64,000 nt of DNA from an uncultured Candidatus Entotheonella sp. GTDB taxonomy: Bacteria; Tectomicrobia; Entotheonellia; Entotheonellales; Entotheonellaceae. Shown here piece by piece: positions 21,111 to 30,621 of the stretch. Location: positions 2,240,001 through 2,304,000 of the forward strand of contig OZ244252.1 of NCBI GenBank assembly GCA_965217185.1, in the 5' to 3' direction. A program made the position numbers and the translations under genes. The notes beneath the pieces are model-generated. The model ran no database searches and was not told where the DNA came from. It worked only from the letters and a program-made list of their open reading frames with translations. Each line of letters begins with the position of its first letter. Position 1 is the first letter of the stretch.

Positions 21111-21427
21111 TCATCCACCGCATCCTGCTCCGTCTCCACCAGTTCCGATTGTGTCCAGACAACGGGGTCAGCCTCGCCGGGTTGCGTCAGGGTCACGCCA
21201 CCGTCCGGGGCCAACGCCAGCGAAAAGTCGGGGGCGTTGGCAAGAACATATACCGCGGCGGCGTTTCTCTGGGCACGGTAGCACTTCGCCAACGCGTCGC
21301 GCGACCGCGCCAGTTCATGCAGCCTGCCGGCCCTCGCCAGGTTCCGAAGATGCCCTTCGATAAAAACCCGCACGTCAGAGGCCAATGCCGCCCGTTGCCC
21401 GGATTCACTCCGATAGCCCAAAGTCAT
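21100..21427 (-). pseudogene. Truncated hypothetical gene fragment
   Basis: ATG at 21427 after a GGGGAAAGGGG RBS; about 108 plausible codons, then the frame runs antisense into the beta-barrel fragment. Confidence 0.4.
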
Positions 21428-21748
21428 GCCCCTTTCCCCGACGTGCCGCAATGCATCATCTTTTGACCGAAACCGATAACAAGCCGGGTGGCGACTACCC
21501 CGACCGCGGAGTACTATCACAGAGTCCAGTTCTTAGACGTACCTCAAATGGGGGGATTGGGGACGGCGGATAAGGGTTGTTGGAGAACGCAATCCGCTCT
21601 GGTTCAGGTGGTCCGGGGCCATCTGGCGTAGGAGGGCTCGACTTGCAGATAGAACGGCAGGTAAAAACTGGGGTGTCGGCTTAACGGCTTAACGGTTAGA
21701 GTGTGGAGCCTCTGTCCGTGACCTTCTCCGTCCCAACAGTACACGCGC

Positions 21749-22897
21749 TCAGCTTCCGGACCCTGAAACCTCGGTTATCGACAGCACCAGACGCACTAGG
21801 TCCGCCTGCCGAGAGATGCCTAGTTTGCGGTACATCCGCTTGACGTGCCAACGGATGGAGCTTTCCTGACGGCCCGTCGCCGCGGCAATGTCGCGCACAC
21901 TGCTGCCTTCGGCTAACGATACCGCCACCCGGCTCTCCGAAGGCGTGAGCCCCAGGGCTGATGCCACGAGGTCCGGGTCGATGCTCGACTGGCTACCCGG
22001 GTCTACAATTAGCACCAAGGCGCCAACGCTTCGGGCACCGAAATCCATCTGGCGAACGGTCACGGGATTGACGTGCAACGCCAGTCGCGGCACACCGGGC
22101 GAGCGCCTGATCATCATTGAACCGCTAGCGGCCTCAACGTAGAGGCTCGGCAGCGCGCGTGCCAACAGTTGCTTGAGATTGGTATCGTCCGCAGGCAACC
22201 AGGCGCGCAAGAGACCGCCCTGGTCCGACAGCCCATCGCCTCGGCGGAGGATGTCGCGGGCACGGTCATTGGCTACGGCGATCCTCCCCCGTCGGTCCAG
22301 GTGGATGACCCCGACTCGTTTGTTGGCGAGCAGCTCGGTATGAGACGCGCCCATGGCTGCAGCGTTGGCCAGCGCCTGCCGGACGTAAACGAATTGGCGG
22401 ATATGGGGCAGAAGTCGCTGGATCATCTCAAATTGAGAGGACCACCAATTGCCTGGGTCGGTGGGGTCACAAAACCCCAAGGAGATACGTGATCCCTGGG
22501 GCCCGTCCAGACGCACCTGCAAGCTATTCTGGCCGCTGGACCGGGGCAGCCACTCGTTGTAGATTGGAGAGGTCTTCAACTCCTGTTCGGTGAAGAGGTC
22601 GGCGACGTGAACCACGCGGCTGTCTGGCAATTGCCTGACGCGCGGCACGCGCTCGTCATGGGGGTAGTAGTTCTCCATGTATTCCCGTTCCAGTTCTGGG
22701 TGGCGCTGATCCCGATAGAACAGCCTCCCAAAAAGAACCCTGGCGTCGTGCCCAAAGCCTTCGCTGATCCACAGCCCCATACCCTTCGTTCCGCAGGCGT
22801 CGTTGATCAAAGCAGACGCCGCGGGCCAATAGGCGTCGTCCAGTGTGGCGTCGTGCAAAGTCGACAGCACACCCTCGAATACGTCCTGCACGCTCAT
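21749..22897 (-). CDS. LuxR-family HTH transcriptional regulator with GAF/PAS-like N-terminus (copy A)
   Basis: C-terminal LTPSESRVAVSLAEG...SIRWHVKRMYRKLGISRQADLV; PAS-like GVIHLDRRGRIAVAN. Confidence 0.9.
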   Translation of the reverse strand: MSVQDVFEGVLSTLHDATLDDAYWPAASALINDACGTKGMGLWISEGFGHDARVLFGRLFYRDQRHPELEREYMENYYPHDERVPRVRQLPDSRVVHVADLFTEQELKTSPIYNEWLPRSSGQNSLQVRLDGPQGSRISLGFCDPTDPGNWWSSQFEMIQRLLPHIRQFVYVRQALANAAAMGASHTELLANKRVGVIHLDRRGRIAVANDRARDILRRGDGLSDQGGLLRAWLPADDTNLKQLLARALPSLYVEAASGSMMIRRSPGVPRLALHVNPVTVRQMDFGARSVGALVLIVDPGSQSSIDPDLVASALGLTPSESRVAVSLAEGSSVRDIAAATGRQESSIRWHVKRMYRKLGISRQADLVRLVLSITEVSGSGS

Positions 22898-23564
22898 GAC
22901 GACCCCTCCTTTCCGGCTCCTGAGCATAGCCCTCCATGTCGTCGGCTTCGTGATGGACCGCTTGCCCTCTGTTCACCCACTTCCCAGCTAGCAAGACAGG
23001 ACCCGACTCCTCCGTACCATTAGGATCGTTGGTTGAAGCACTGCTAGGGTCATTGACTAAGTCGTGAGCTTCGAATCCGGGTATCCCAGTCCGGATGTTC
23101 CATCAGATCGTGCCGGAGTTCTATACCAGAATCGACCATTGCCAGCCCCTCAAAAAAAGGGGGCATAGTGGGTCAGGATGACGGAGACGGTAAAGGCACA
23201 AGACTCTAGGCATGCCAAGTGAGGTGTTGTGGAAGTCATTTCCTTCGAAACTGTCCTTGAATTCCAAGTCAGGAATTCAATGCAGGACGGCAGGATCAAC
23301 TTGGAGAAGTGCTGTGCTGGAGGCAGTTGCAGATTTGCAACAGGAGGGTGCCGTCTCGGCAAGGGTAGAAGAAGGCTGCCTTGGATGTGGAAGAGTTAAG
23401 TTGGAGAAAGCAACCTGTTCTGGTTCAGGGAGTCTGGACCCATTTGGGGGGAGAAGGCTCGACCACGGAAAAGAGGGCGGTGGAAAACCGGTATCGGCTC
23501 AGCTATAGGAGCGTGGCGCCTCTGACTGCAACCCTTGCGGGTCCAGCATCGGCCTTATTCAGGG

Positions 23565-24707
23565 TCAGGATTCAGAGAATTCAGCGATCGACAGTACCAG
23601 ACGCACCAGATCCGCCTGCCGAGAGATGCCTAGTTTGCGGTATATCCGCTTGATGTGCCAACGGATGGAGCTTTCCTGACGGCCCGTCGCTGCGGCAATG
23701 TCGCGCACGCTGGCGCCCTCGGCTAACGATACCGCCACCCGGCTCTCCGAAGGCGTGAGCCCCAGGGCTGATGCCACGAGGTCCGGGTCGATGCTTGACT
23801 GGCTACCCGGGTCTGCAATCAGCACCAAGGCGCCAACGCTGCGAGCACCGAAGTCCATCTGGCGAACGGTCACGGGATTGACGTGTAACGTCAGTCGCGG
23901 CAGACCGGGCGAGCGCCTGATCATCATTGAACCGCTGACGGCCTCAACGTAGAGGGTCGGCAGCGCGCGTTCCAACAGTTGCTTGAGATTGGCGTCGTCT
24001 GCAGGCAACCAGGCGCGCAGGAGACCGCCCTGATCCGACAGCCCATCGCTTCGGCGGAGGATGTCGCGGGCACGGTCATTCGCCGTAGCGACCCTCCCCC
24101 GTCGGTCCAGGTGGATGACCCCGACTCGTTTGTTGGCGAGCAGCTCGGTATGAGACGCGCCCATGGCTTCAGCGTTGGCCAGCGCCTGCCGAACGTAGAC
24201 GAATTGGCGGATATGGGGCAGAAGTCGCTGGATCATTTGGAGATGGTCGGATCCCCAGCCACTTGGATGAGTAGGATCAAAAAAACCCAAGGCGATGCGG
24301 GAACCATGTGGCCCGTCCAGACGCAGGTTCAAGCCGTTCTGGCCATCGGACCGGGGCAGCCACTCGTTGTAGGTCGGAGAGGTCTTTGACTCCTGTTCGG
24401 TGTAGAGGTCGGCGACGTGAACCACGCGGCTGTCCGGCAACTGCCTGACGCGCGGCACGCGCTCGTCCTGGGGGTGGTAGATTTCGACGTATTCCCGTTC
24501 CAGTTCCGGGTGGCGTTGATCCCGGTAGTAAAGGTTCCCGAAGAGGACTCTGGCGTCGTGCCCAAAACCTTCGCTGACCAGTAGCGCCATACCCTTCGTT
24601 CCGCAGGCGTCATGTATCAGGGCAGACGCCGCGGGCCAATAGGCGTCGTCCAGCGTGGCGTCGTGCAGGGACGCCAGCACGCGCCCGAACGCGTCCTGCG
24701 CGCTCAT
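23565..24707 (-). CDS. LuxR-family HTH transcriptional regulator with GAF/PAS-like N-terminus (copy B)
   Basis: Same architecture as 21749-22897 and highly similar to it. Confidence 0.9.
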   Translation of the reverse strand: MSAQDAFGRVLASLHDATLDDAYWPAASALIHDACGTKGMALLVSEGFGHDARVLFGNLYYRDQRHPELEREYVEIYHPQDERVPRVRQLPDSRVVHVADLYTEQESKTSPTYNEWLPRSDGQNGLNLRLDGPHGSRIALGFFDPTHPSGWGSDHLQMIQRLLPHIRQFVYVRQALANAEAMGASHTELLANKRVGVIHLDRRGRVATANDRARDILRRSDGLSDQGGLLRAWLPADDANLKQLLERALPTLYVEAVSGSMMIRRSPGLPRLTLHVNPVTVRQMDFGARSVGALVLIADPGSQSSIDPDLVASALGLTPSESRVAVSLAEGASVRDIAAATGRQESSIRWHIKRIYRKLGISRQADLVRLVLSIAEFSES

Positions 24708-25432
24708 GACGCCCCCTCTCTTTCAGGCCCGCGAGTGTGGTCCTTCGCGCCATCGCCTTTGCTGTGGACCGCCTGCCCTTTGTTTACCCATTTCCCAATT
24801 ACCACGATGGGACTTGATTTCTCCATGCCGCTTACGTAGTTGGCTGTGGATTCCCCCTTAATGTCATCTGCGCAAAGACTCGATCCCCACCCCGGGCCTT
24901 CGGCTCTATTCGCTGCCGCTATGGTTGTTGTCTCCTCGGCCATCGCAGATCGTTTCGTCTCCCCCGGGTCTCTTCTTCGAAAGCATCGCCACGGTCATTG
25001 TCCGAGTGACGAGTCCCCAACCCGGCTCTCTCAGCCCTGGATGTCCCACAGGTAATGCCAGAGTTCTATAACAGAACCGAACATTTCCGCCCCCCCTCAT
25101 ACAAGGGGAATGTGTGAACGGTGGGCAATGGAAAAGGCGACGGTTAAGGGGCAAGACTCACGCTGCAGTGGGTATTATCGTTTCTCCCGAAGCTACGTTG
25201 GAGGGACAGGACAGGGATATGGGGCAGGGCGGCAGGATCGATCTGGAGCAGTGCTTTGTTGAGGGCAGTTTCAAGAGCTACCGGAAGGAGGGGCCGGGTT
25301 CGGTAAGGGTTGCAGGAGCCTGACCTGAATCTGATTCAAAGTCATGACGATTGCAGACTGCGCTACAACGATTTATGAAATGACTTCCGGGTAAGACTGA
25401 CGTATGTGAAGATTCACATTTGGGCGTCAACC

Positions 25433-26998
25433 TCAGAACTGCTGTGACGCCCGTCGGAAGAACAAAGCCAGCGCAATACCGGCCAGCGAAATCACCACGA
25501 ACACCGCGAAACAATCGTTGAAGGCCAACAACAGCGCCTCTTGGTTAACGAACTGCCCCAGCAGGAATCTGGCATGGGTTGCCGGCGCCGAGGCGCCGCC
25601 GAGTTGCGTGGCGAGCGCTTCAAACACCCGAAGCCCGTGCTGCGTCCCGACTGCCGGCAGCGATTGCGTCTCGGCCAGCAACGCCTGATGGATCTGATAC
25701 CGTTGATCCAGCAGGGCCGCCAACAGCGACACCACCAGCGCGCCGCCGAGCACGATGCATAGGTTGAGGATCGTGGTGGCCGTTTTCCCCTGCGCCGCCG
25801 GCAGGCCGCTGATGCCAATCGGGTAGAGCACCGGATAGGACAGCCCCAGCCCCAGCCCGCGGCCAAAGTAAATCAGCAAGATGGCCGGCAGCGACAGCCG
25901 CAGGTCGGCGAACATCATCAGCGCTCCGAACGTGCCGTAGCACAGGTACCCCAGCACCATCAGCACGCGCGTGTCAATGCGGTCGCTGGCCCAGCCGGTG
26001 ACCGAGGTAACCAGGACCATGGACGCCGAGCTCGGGAACATGATCAACGCCGTGTGCCACACCGACAGGTCGTACGCCTGCTGCAGGAACAGCGATAGCA
26101 GAAACGGTCCGCCGTTGAACATCGCGCCGGCAATCAGGCCGAGGACAATCGCGATGGCGTAGGGCCGGCTGCGAAACGTGTCGAGGTCGATCAACGGCAC
26201 GCTGACGTACGACTCAAGCAGGAAAAACGCCAGCGAGGCCAAGCCGCAGATGGCAAATAACGCGACGATATACGTGCTGTCCCATCCCAGGCGTTGGCCG
26301 TCACTCAGCGCCAGGAGCAGGGCTACCAGGGCGGTGGACAGCGTCAGAAATCCCCACCAGTCAAGCGGCACGCCCGACTGGCGCGGCGACCGGCGCATGA
26401 TGAAGATGGCGATCAGCAGCGCCACAATTCCCGCCGGCAGGTTGAGGAAGAACGCCGCGCGCCAGCTCAGCCATTCGGTGACGAGGCCCCCCAGCGGAAT
26501 GCCCGTGAGCGCGCCGCACGATGCCCCCATGCCCCAAATGGCCGTGCCCAGACCGCGCTTTTCCGCCGGGAAGATGTCCAGCATCAACAGCATGGTTACC
26601 GGCATGATGACGCCGCCGCCAAGCCCCTGCACAACGCGCAGGCCGACCAGCAGCCAGACGTTGCCCACCAGGCTGCACAGCACCGCGCTACCGGTGAATA
26701 CCGTCAGCCCAACGATGTACAGCTCGCGGGCGCCCAGCGTCCGGCTGATCCAGCCGACGAGCGGAATCACCACCGCGTTGGCCAGCATGAATGCCGTGAC
26801 CACCCAGCGGATGGTCACCACGTCGGTGCTCAAATCGCTCATCATGTTGGGGATGACGATGTTAATCACGTGCACGTTGAGGACGCTGATATAGCCGCCC
26901 AGGACGATGGACGTCATGGACCAGAAGACGTAGCCGGAAGGATAGGACGAGGCGCTTTCGGTGGTGGGTGGGACAACTGCTCGGGGGCTTGTTTGCAT
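25433..26998 (-). CDS. DHA2-family MFS efflux transporter (EmrB/QacA-like)
   Basis: About 14 TM segments; WVVTAFMLA, RVVQGLGGG, WRAAFFLNLPAG, DWWG and PLIDL motifs. Confidence 0.9.
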   Translation of the reverse strand: MQTSPRAVVPPTTESASSYPSGYVFWSMTSIVLGGYISVLNVHVINIVIPNMMSDLSTDVVTIRWVVTAFMLANAVVIPLVGWISRTLGARELYIVGLTVFTGSAVLCSLVGNVWLLVGLRVVQGLGGGVIMPVTMLLMLDIFPAEKRGLGTAIWGMGASCGALTGIPLGGLVTEWLSWRAAFFLNLPAGIVALLIAIFIMRRSPRQSGVPLDWWGFLTLSTALVALLLALSDGQRLGWDSTYIVALFAICGLASLAFFLLESYVSVPLIDLDTFRSRPYAIAIVLGLIAGAMFNGGPFLLSLFLQQAYDLSVWHTALIMFPSSASMVLVTSVTGWASDRIDTRVLMVLGYLCYGTFGALMMFADLRLSLPAILLIYFGRGLGLGLSYPVLYPIGISGLPAAQGKTATTILNLCIVLGGALVVSLLAALLDQRYQIHQALLAETQSLPAVGTQHGLRVFEALATQLGGASAPATHARFLLGQFVNQEALLLAFNDCFAVFVVISLAGIALALFFRRASQQF

Positions 26999-27097
26999 GC
27001 TACAATAGTTTCTGATTCAAGGTGTTGACCTGCCCCAAGTCTACTAGGCGCCGCACCGGCGGACAAGCTGAACCCTGCGCCGCAGAGGAGTTGTGTC

Positions 27098-28531
27098 ATG
27101 TCCGATCCCATTGAAGCGTACTTCCGTCAAGCAGCCCCGGCGGTGGATTTCTGCTCCCTGCGTCTCGTCAGTGAGCGCTCCGAACTTCTCGTGGTGCGGC
27201 AGGACGTTTTGCAGCCGGTCGTCACTTCTGAGGACCGCGGCGCCATGCTCACCGTGTGGGACGGCGGCGGCATGGGCTACGCCGCCACCGGCGATCTGAG
27301 CCCGAGCGGCTTGCGCCAGGCGATTGACGAGGCGTGCCAGTGGGCCCGCCAAAGCGCCGCCCACAGCGTGGTGGACTTTTCGAAAATCGTCATGGAGCCA
27401 CCCCAGGGCGATTACGCCAGCCCGGAGATCGAACCCTGGCAGAGCGTCTCGCTGGCCGACAAGATCGACCTGCTGCAAGGCGAATGTGCCCGCCTCAACA
27501 TCGACCCGCGCATCGTCGACTGGGACGCCTCGCTGTGGCACACCGACGTTGACACCCTTTACCTCACCGCCGACGGCGGGCGCGTGCACCAATTGTTCCG
27601 CACCCTCGTGCCGTCGCTCAGCGCCACCGCCAACGATGGCCCGGAAACGCAGACCCGCACCTTCGGCGGGCGCGGCTATTGCCGCCAAGGCGGCCTCGAG
27701 GTTCTCGGCCACCTCGGTTTCCGCCAGGCCGCGCCGCGTATTGCCGAGGAAGCCATCCAACTGCTTCTGGCGCCCAATTGCCCCTCCGACACCATGGACG
27801 TGCTGCTGGCCCCCGACCAGATGATCCTGCAAATCCACGAGTCGATCGGCCACCCGCTGGAACTCGACCGCATCCTCGGCGACGAGCGAAACTACGCCGG
27901 CACCAGCTTCGTCACCCCCGACATGTTCGGCACCTACCGTTACGGCTCCGACCTCCTCAACGTCACCTTCGATCCCACCCAGCCGGAAGCGTTCGCCAGC
28001 TACGGGTTCGACGACGACGGCCAGCCGGCGCAGCATGCCTATCTCATCCGCAACGGCATCCTGCAGCGCGCCCTCGGCGGCCTTACCTCGCAGGTGCGCG
28101 CCGACGTACCGGGCGTGGCGACCTCGCGCGCCTGTAGCTGGAACCGCCCGCCGATCGACCGCATGGCAAACCTCAACCTCGAGCCGGGCGACGCCGGCCT
28201 CGACGCCATGATCGCCGCCGTGAAGCGCGGAATTTTCATGCGGACGAACTGCTCCTGGTCTATCGACGACTCACGCAACAAATTCCAGTTCGGCTGCGAG
28301 TGGGGGCAGTTGATCGAAGACGGGCGTCTGACCACGGTGGTGAAGAAGCCGAACTACCGAGGCATTTCGGCGACCTTCTGGCGCAATCTGGCGATGGTGG
28401 GCAACCGGAGCACCCTGGAAATCATGGGGACGCCGTTCTGCGGCAAAGGCGAGCCCAATCAGATGATCCGCGTCGGGCACGCCTCCCCGGCCTGCCTGTT
28501 CACCAACGTTGAGGTTTTCGGGGGAGAATAG
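27098..28531 (+). CDS. tldD: TldD-family metalloprotease
   Basis: HESIGH zinc motif, YGFDDDG, PIDRMANL and CGKGEP. Confidence 0.9.
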   Translation: MSDPIEAYFRQAAPAVDFCSLRLVSERSELLVVRQDVLQPVVTSEDRGAMLTVWDGGGMGYAATGDLSPSGLRQAIDEACQWARQSAAHSVVDFSKIVMEPPQGDYASPEIEPWQSVSLADKIDLLQGECARLNIDPRIVDWDASLWHTDVDTLYLTADGGRVHQLFRTLVPSLSATANDGPETQTRTFGGRGYCRQGGLEVLGHLGFRQAAPRIAEEAIQLLLAPNCPSDTMDVLLAPDQMILQIHESIGHPLELDRILGDERNYAGTSFVTPDMFGTYRYGSDLLNVTFDPTQPEAFASYGFDDDGQPAQHAYLIRNGILQRALGGLTSQVRADVPGVATSRACSWNRPPIDRMANLNLEPGDAGLDAMIAAVKRGIFMRTNCSWSIDDSRNKFQFGCEWGQLIEDGRLTTVVKKPNYRGISATFWRNLAMVGNRSTLEIMGTPFCGKGEPNQMIRVGHASPACLFTNVEVFGGE

Positions 28532-28537
28532 GACGCG

Positions 28538-29860
28538 ATGCAGGATTATTTTCACGCCTTGGCGGACACCATCACCGCCCACCTGCGCGGCCGAGAAGTG
28601 TATACCTGCACCTTTCGCGGCGAGGATTCCGACTTCGTGCGCTTCAACCGCAGCGCCGTGCGGCAGGCGGGCACCGTGCGCCAGCGCGCCCTGAGCCTTG
28701 ACCTCATCGAGGGGCAACGGCACGCTGCCGGCAACGTGGTCCTGTCGGGCGACCTGCAACAGGACGGCGCCCGCGTCACTCGGCTACTGGAAGGGCTGCG
28801 CGAGCAATTGCCGTTTCTCCCCGAAGACCCGCACCTGCTCTACGCCACCGAGGTGCGCTCCAGCACCGCGGCGGGCCGCAGCGAGTTGCCGGAACGCGCC
28901 GAGGCGGTGGACGCCATTTTGCGGGCCGGGCGCGGACGCGATCTCGTTGGCCTCTACGCCGCCGGGGGGATTTACGTCGGGTTTGCCAATGCCTTCGGAC
29001 AGCGTAACTGGTTCGCCAGCTATAATTTCAACTGCGATTGGAGCTTTTATTTCCAGGGCGACAAGGCCGTCAAGACCGCCTACGCCGGGCTGCGCTGGGA
29101 AGCCGATGCCTTCGAGCGCCAGGTGGACGCTGCCGCCGCGCAACTGGAATCGCTGGGTCAACCGCCGAGAACCATCCCGCCGGGAAACTATCGGGTCTAC
29201 TTGGCGCCGGCCGCGGTTGCCGACATCCTCGACATGCTGGCCTGGGGCGGCTTTGGTCTCAAGGCGCATCGCACCAAACGGACGGCCCTGGTGCAAATGA
29301 CGGAGTCGGACCGGCGCCTGCACCCGGAGGTCACCCTGCGCGAGAACACCCGCGAGGGCGTAGCGCCAAGCTTCGATACCGCCGGTTTTATCAAGCCCCA
29401 TCAGGTTACCCTGATCGACGCCGGCGGCCTGGGTGATTGCCTGGTTTCCGCGCGCTCGGGCAAGGAATACGGCGTGCCCACCAACGGCGCCGGCAGCGGC
29501 GAGGCGCCCGAATCCCTGGACATGGCGGCAGGCCAGATACCGGCGCAGCAGGTCTTGGCGCAACTCGACACCGGCGTCTACGTCAACAACGTCTGGTACC
29601 TCAACTACTCCGACCGCGCCTCGGCCCGCATTACCGGGATGACTCGCTTTGCCACCTTCTGGGTGGAAAGCGGCGCGATTCAGGCGCCCCTGAACGTCAT
29701 GCGCTTCGACGAGTCCATCTACCGAATATTCGGGGACAACTTGCTGGGACTGACTGACGAACGGGCGTTCCTGCTGGATGGCAGCACCTACCGCCGCCGT
29801 TCCACGGGCAGCAGCCGGGTACCCGGCGCCTTGGTGCGGGACTTTACCTTTACGTTGTGA
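28538..29860 (+). CDS. tldE: TldE/PmbA-family partner subunit
   Basis: Directly follows tldD; lacks HExxxH; FVRFN, ITGMTRFATFWVE and MRFDES. Confidence 0.8.
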   Translation: MQDYFHALADTITAHLRGREVYTCTFRGEDSDFVRFNRSAVRQAGTVRQRALSLDLIEGQRHAAGNVVLSGDLQQDGARVTRLLEGLREQLPFLPEDPHLLYATEVRSSTAAGRSELPERAEAVDAILRAGRGRDLVGLYAAGGIYVGFANAFGQRNWFASYNFNCDWSFYFQGDKAVKTAYAGLRWEADAFERQVDAAAAQLESLGQPPRTIPPGNYRVYLAPAAVADILDMLAWGGFGLKAHRTKRTALVQMTESDRRLHPEVTLRENTREGVAPSFDTAGFIKPHQVTLIDAGGLGDCLVSARSGKEYGVPTNGAGSGEAPESLDMAAGQIPAQQVLAQLDTGVYVNNVWYLNYSDRASARITGMTRFATFWVESGAIQAPLNVMRFDESIYRIFGDNLLGLTDERAFLLDGSTYRRRSTGSSRVPGALVRDFTFTL

Positions 29861-29902
29861 GTTCGGATTCGGCTAACCGCCTTCACCGGGAGGGGCAGCG
29901 GC

Positions 29903-30574
29903 ATGGCACAGGTCAAACAGGTACGGGTCGTTCGCAACCTTATCGGCTTCGGGCTGCTGTGCGCCGGCCTGATCTGGTTGCTTGGCGACCGAGTTTGGCA
30001 GGCGCCTGACGCCATGGGCTTGGGCGCGGCGACGGCTATTCCCGTCGCGCTGTTACACTGGCGCTATCTGGCCCGACGCATCACGCGACGCGACCGGCGC
30101 TACGAGCGCAACAAAATTCCCGTCGGCTACCTCAGTGCCTTCGAAGCTCTCGCCGCAACGTTCATCTACAGCTACTATCTGGCCATCCCGGCGGTCCTCG
30201 GTGCCGTGTTGGTCGTCGTGACCGCAAGCCTGTCAGGCCACTGGTGGACGGTATTGGGCGCCAGCTGCGGGTTGGCGTGGACGGCGATTCTGACCGGCCG
30301 CATCCTGGCTTACGAATGGCGGCACGGGGCGCTGTTTTATCAGTACGACAACAGCAACTGGACCGGCGCCGAGGGTATGTTCTATCAATGCGGCACGGTG
30401 GTGCAGCCGCTTACCCCGGCAGGCAAGGTGAACATGCCGGGCGGCGTGTTGTGGAACGCGGTTTCGCAGAGCGGCGAGACGATTGACAGCGGTGAACCGG
30501 TTGAAGTGATTGGGGTACAGCGCCTGACGCTGTACGTCGACCGGCTGCCCGGCACGACCGGTCCCGACGGATAA
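29903..30574 (+). CDS. Membrane protein with C-terminal NfeD-like OB-fold
   Basis: TM helices followed by GTVVQPLTPAGKV...LWNAVS...IDSGEPVEVIGVQRLTLYV. Confidence 0.7.
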   Translation: MAQVKQVRVVRNLIGFGLLCAGLIWLLGDRVWQAPDAMGLGAATAIPVALLHWRYLARRITRRDRRYERNKIPVGYLSAFEALAATFIYSYYLAIPAVLGAVLVVVTASLSGHWWTVLGASCGLAWTAILTGRILAYEWRHGALFYQYDNSNWTGAEGMFYQCGTVVQPLTPAGKVNMPGGVLWNAVSQSGETIDSGEPVEVIGVQRLTLYVDRLPGTTGPDG

Positions 30575-30621
30575 GGAGAACCAACCGGCAGGCTGCAAGG
30601 CTTGCGCAGGAGAAGGCATCT

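Larger units (their letters stand above)
21580..25320. repeat. Tandem duplication of a ~1.8-1.9-kb unit (copy A ~21580-23390, copy B ~23401-25320)
   Basis: Near-identical LuxR genes plus alignable flanks, e.g. ttggagaa.gcaa...ctggttcagg at 21580/23401 and gagttctata.cagaa at 23116/25061. Confidence 0.85.
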
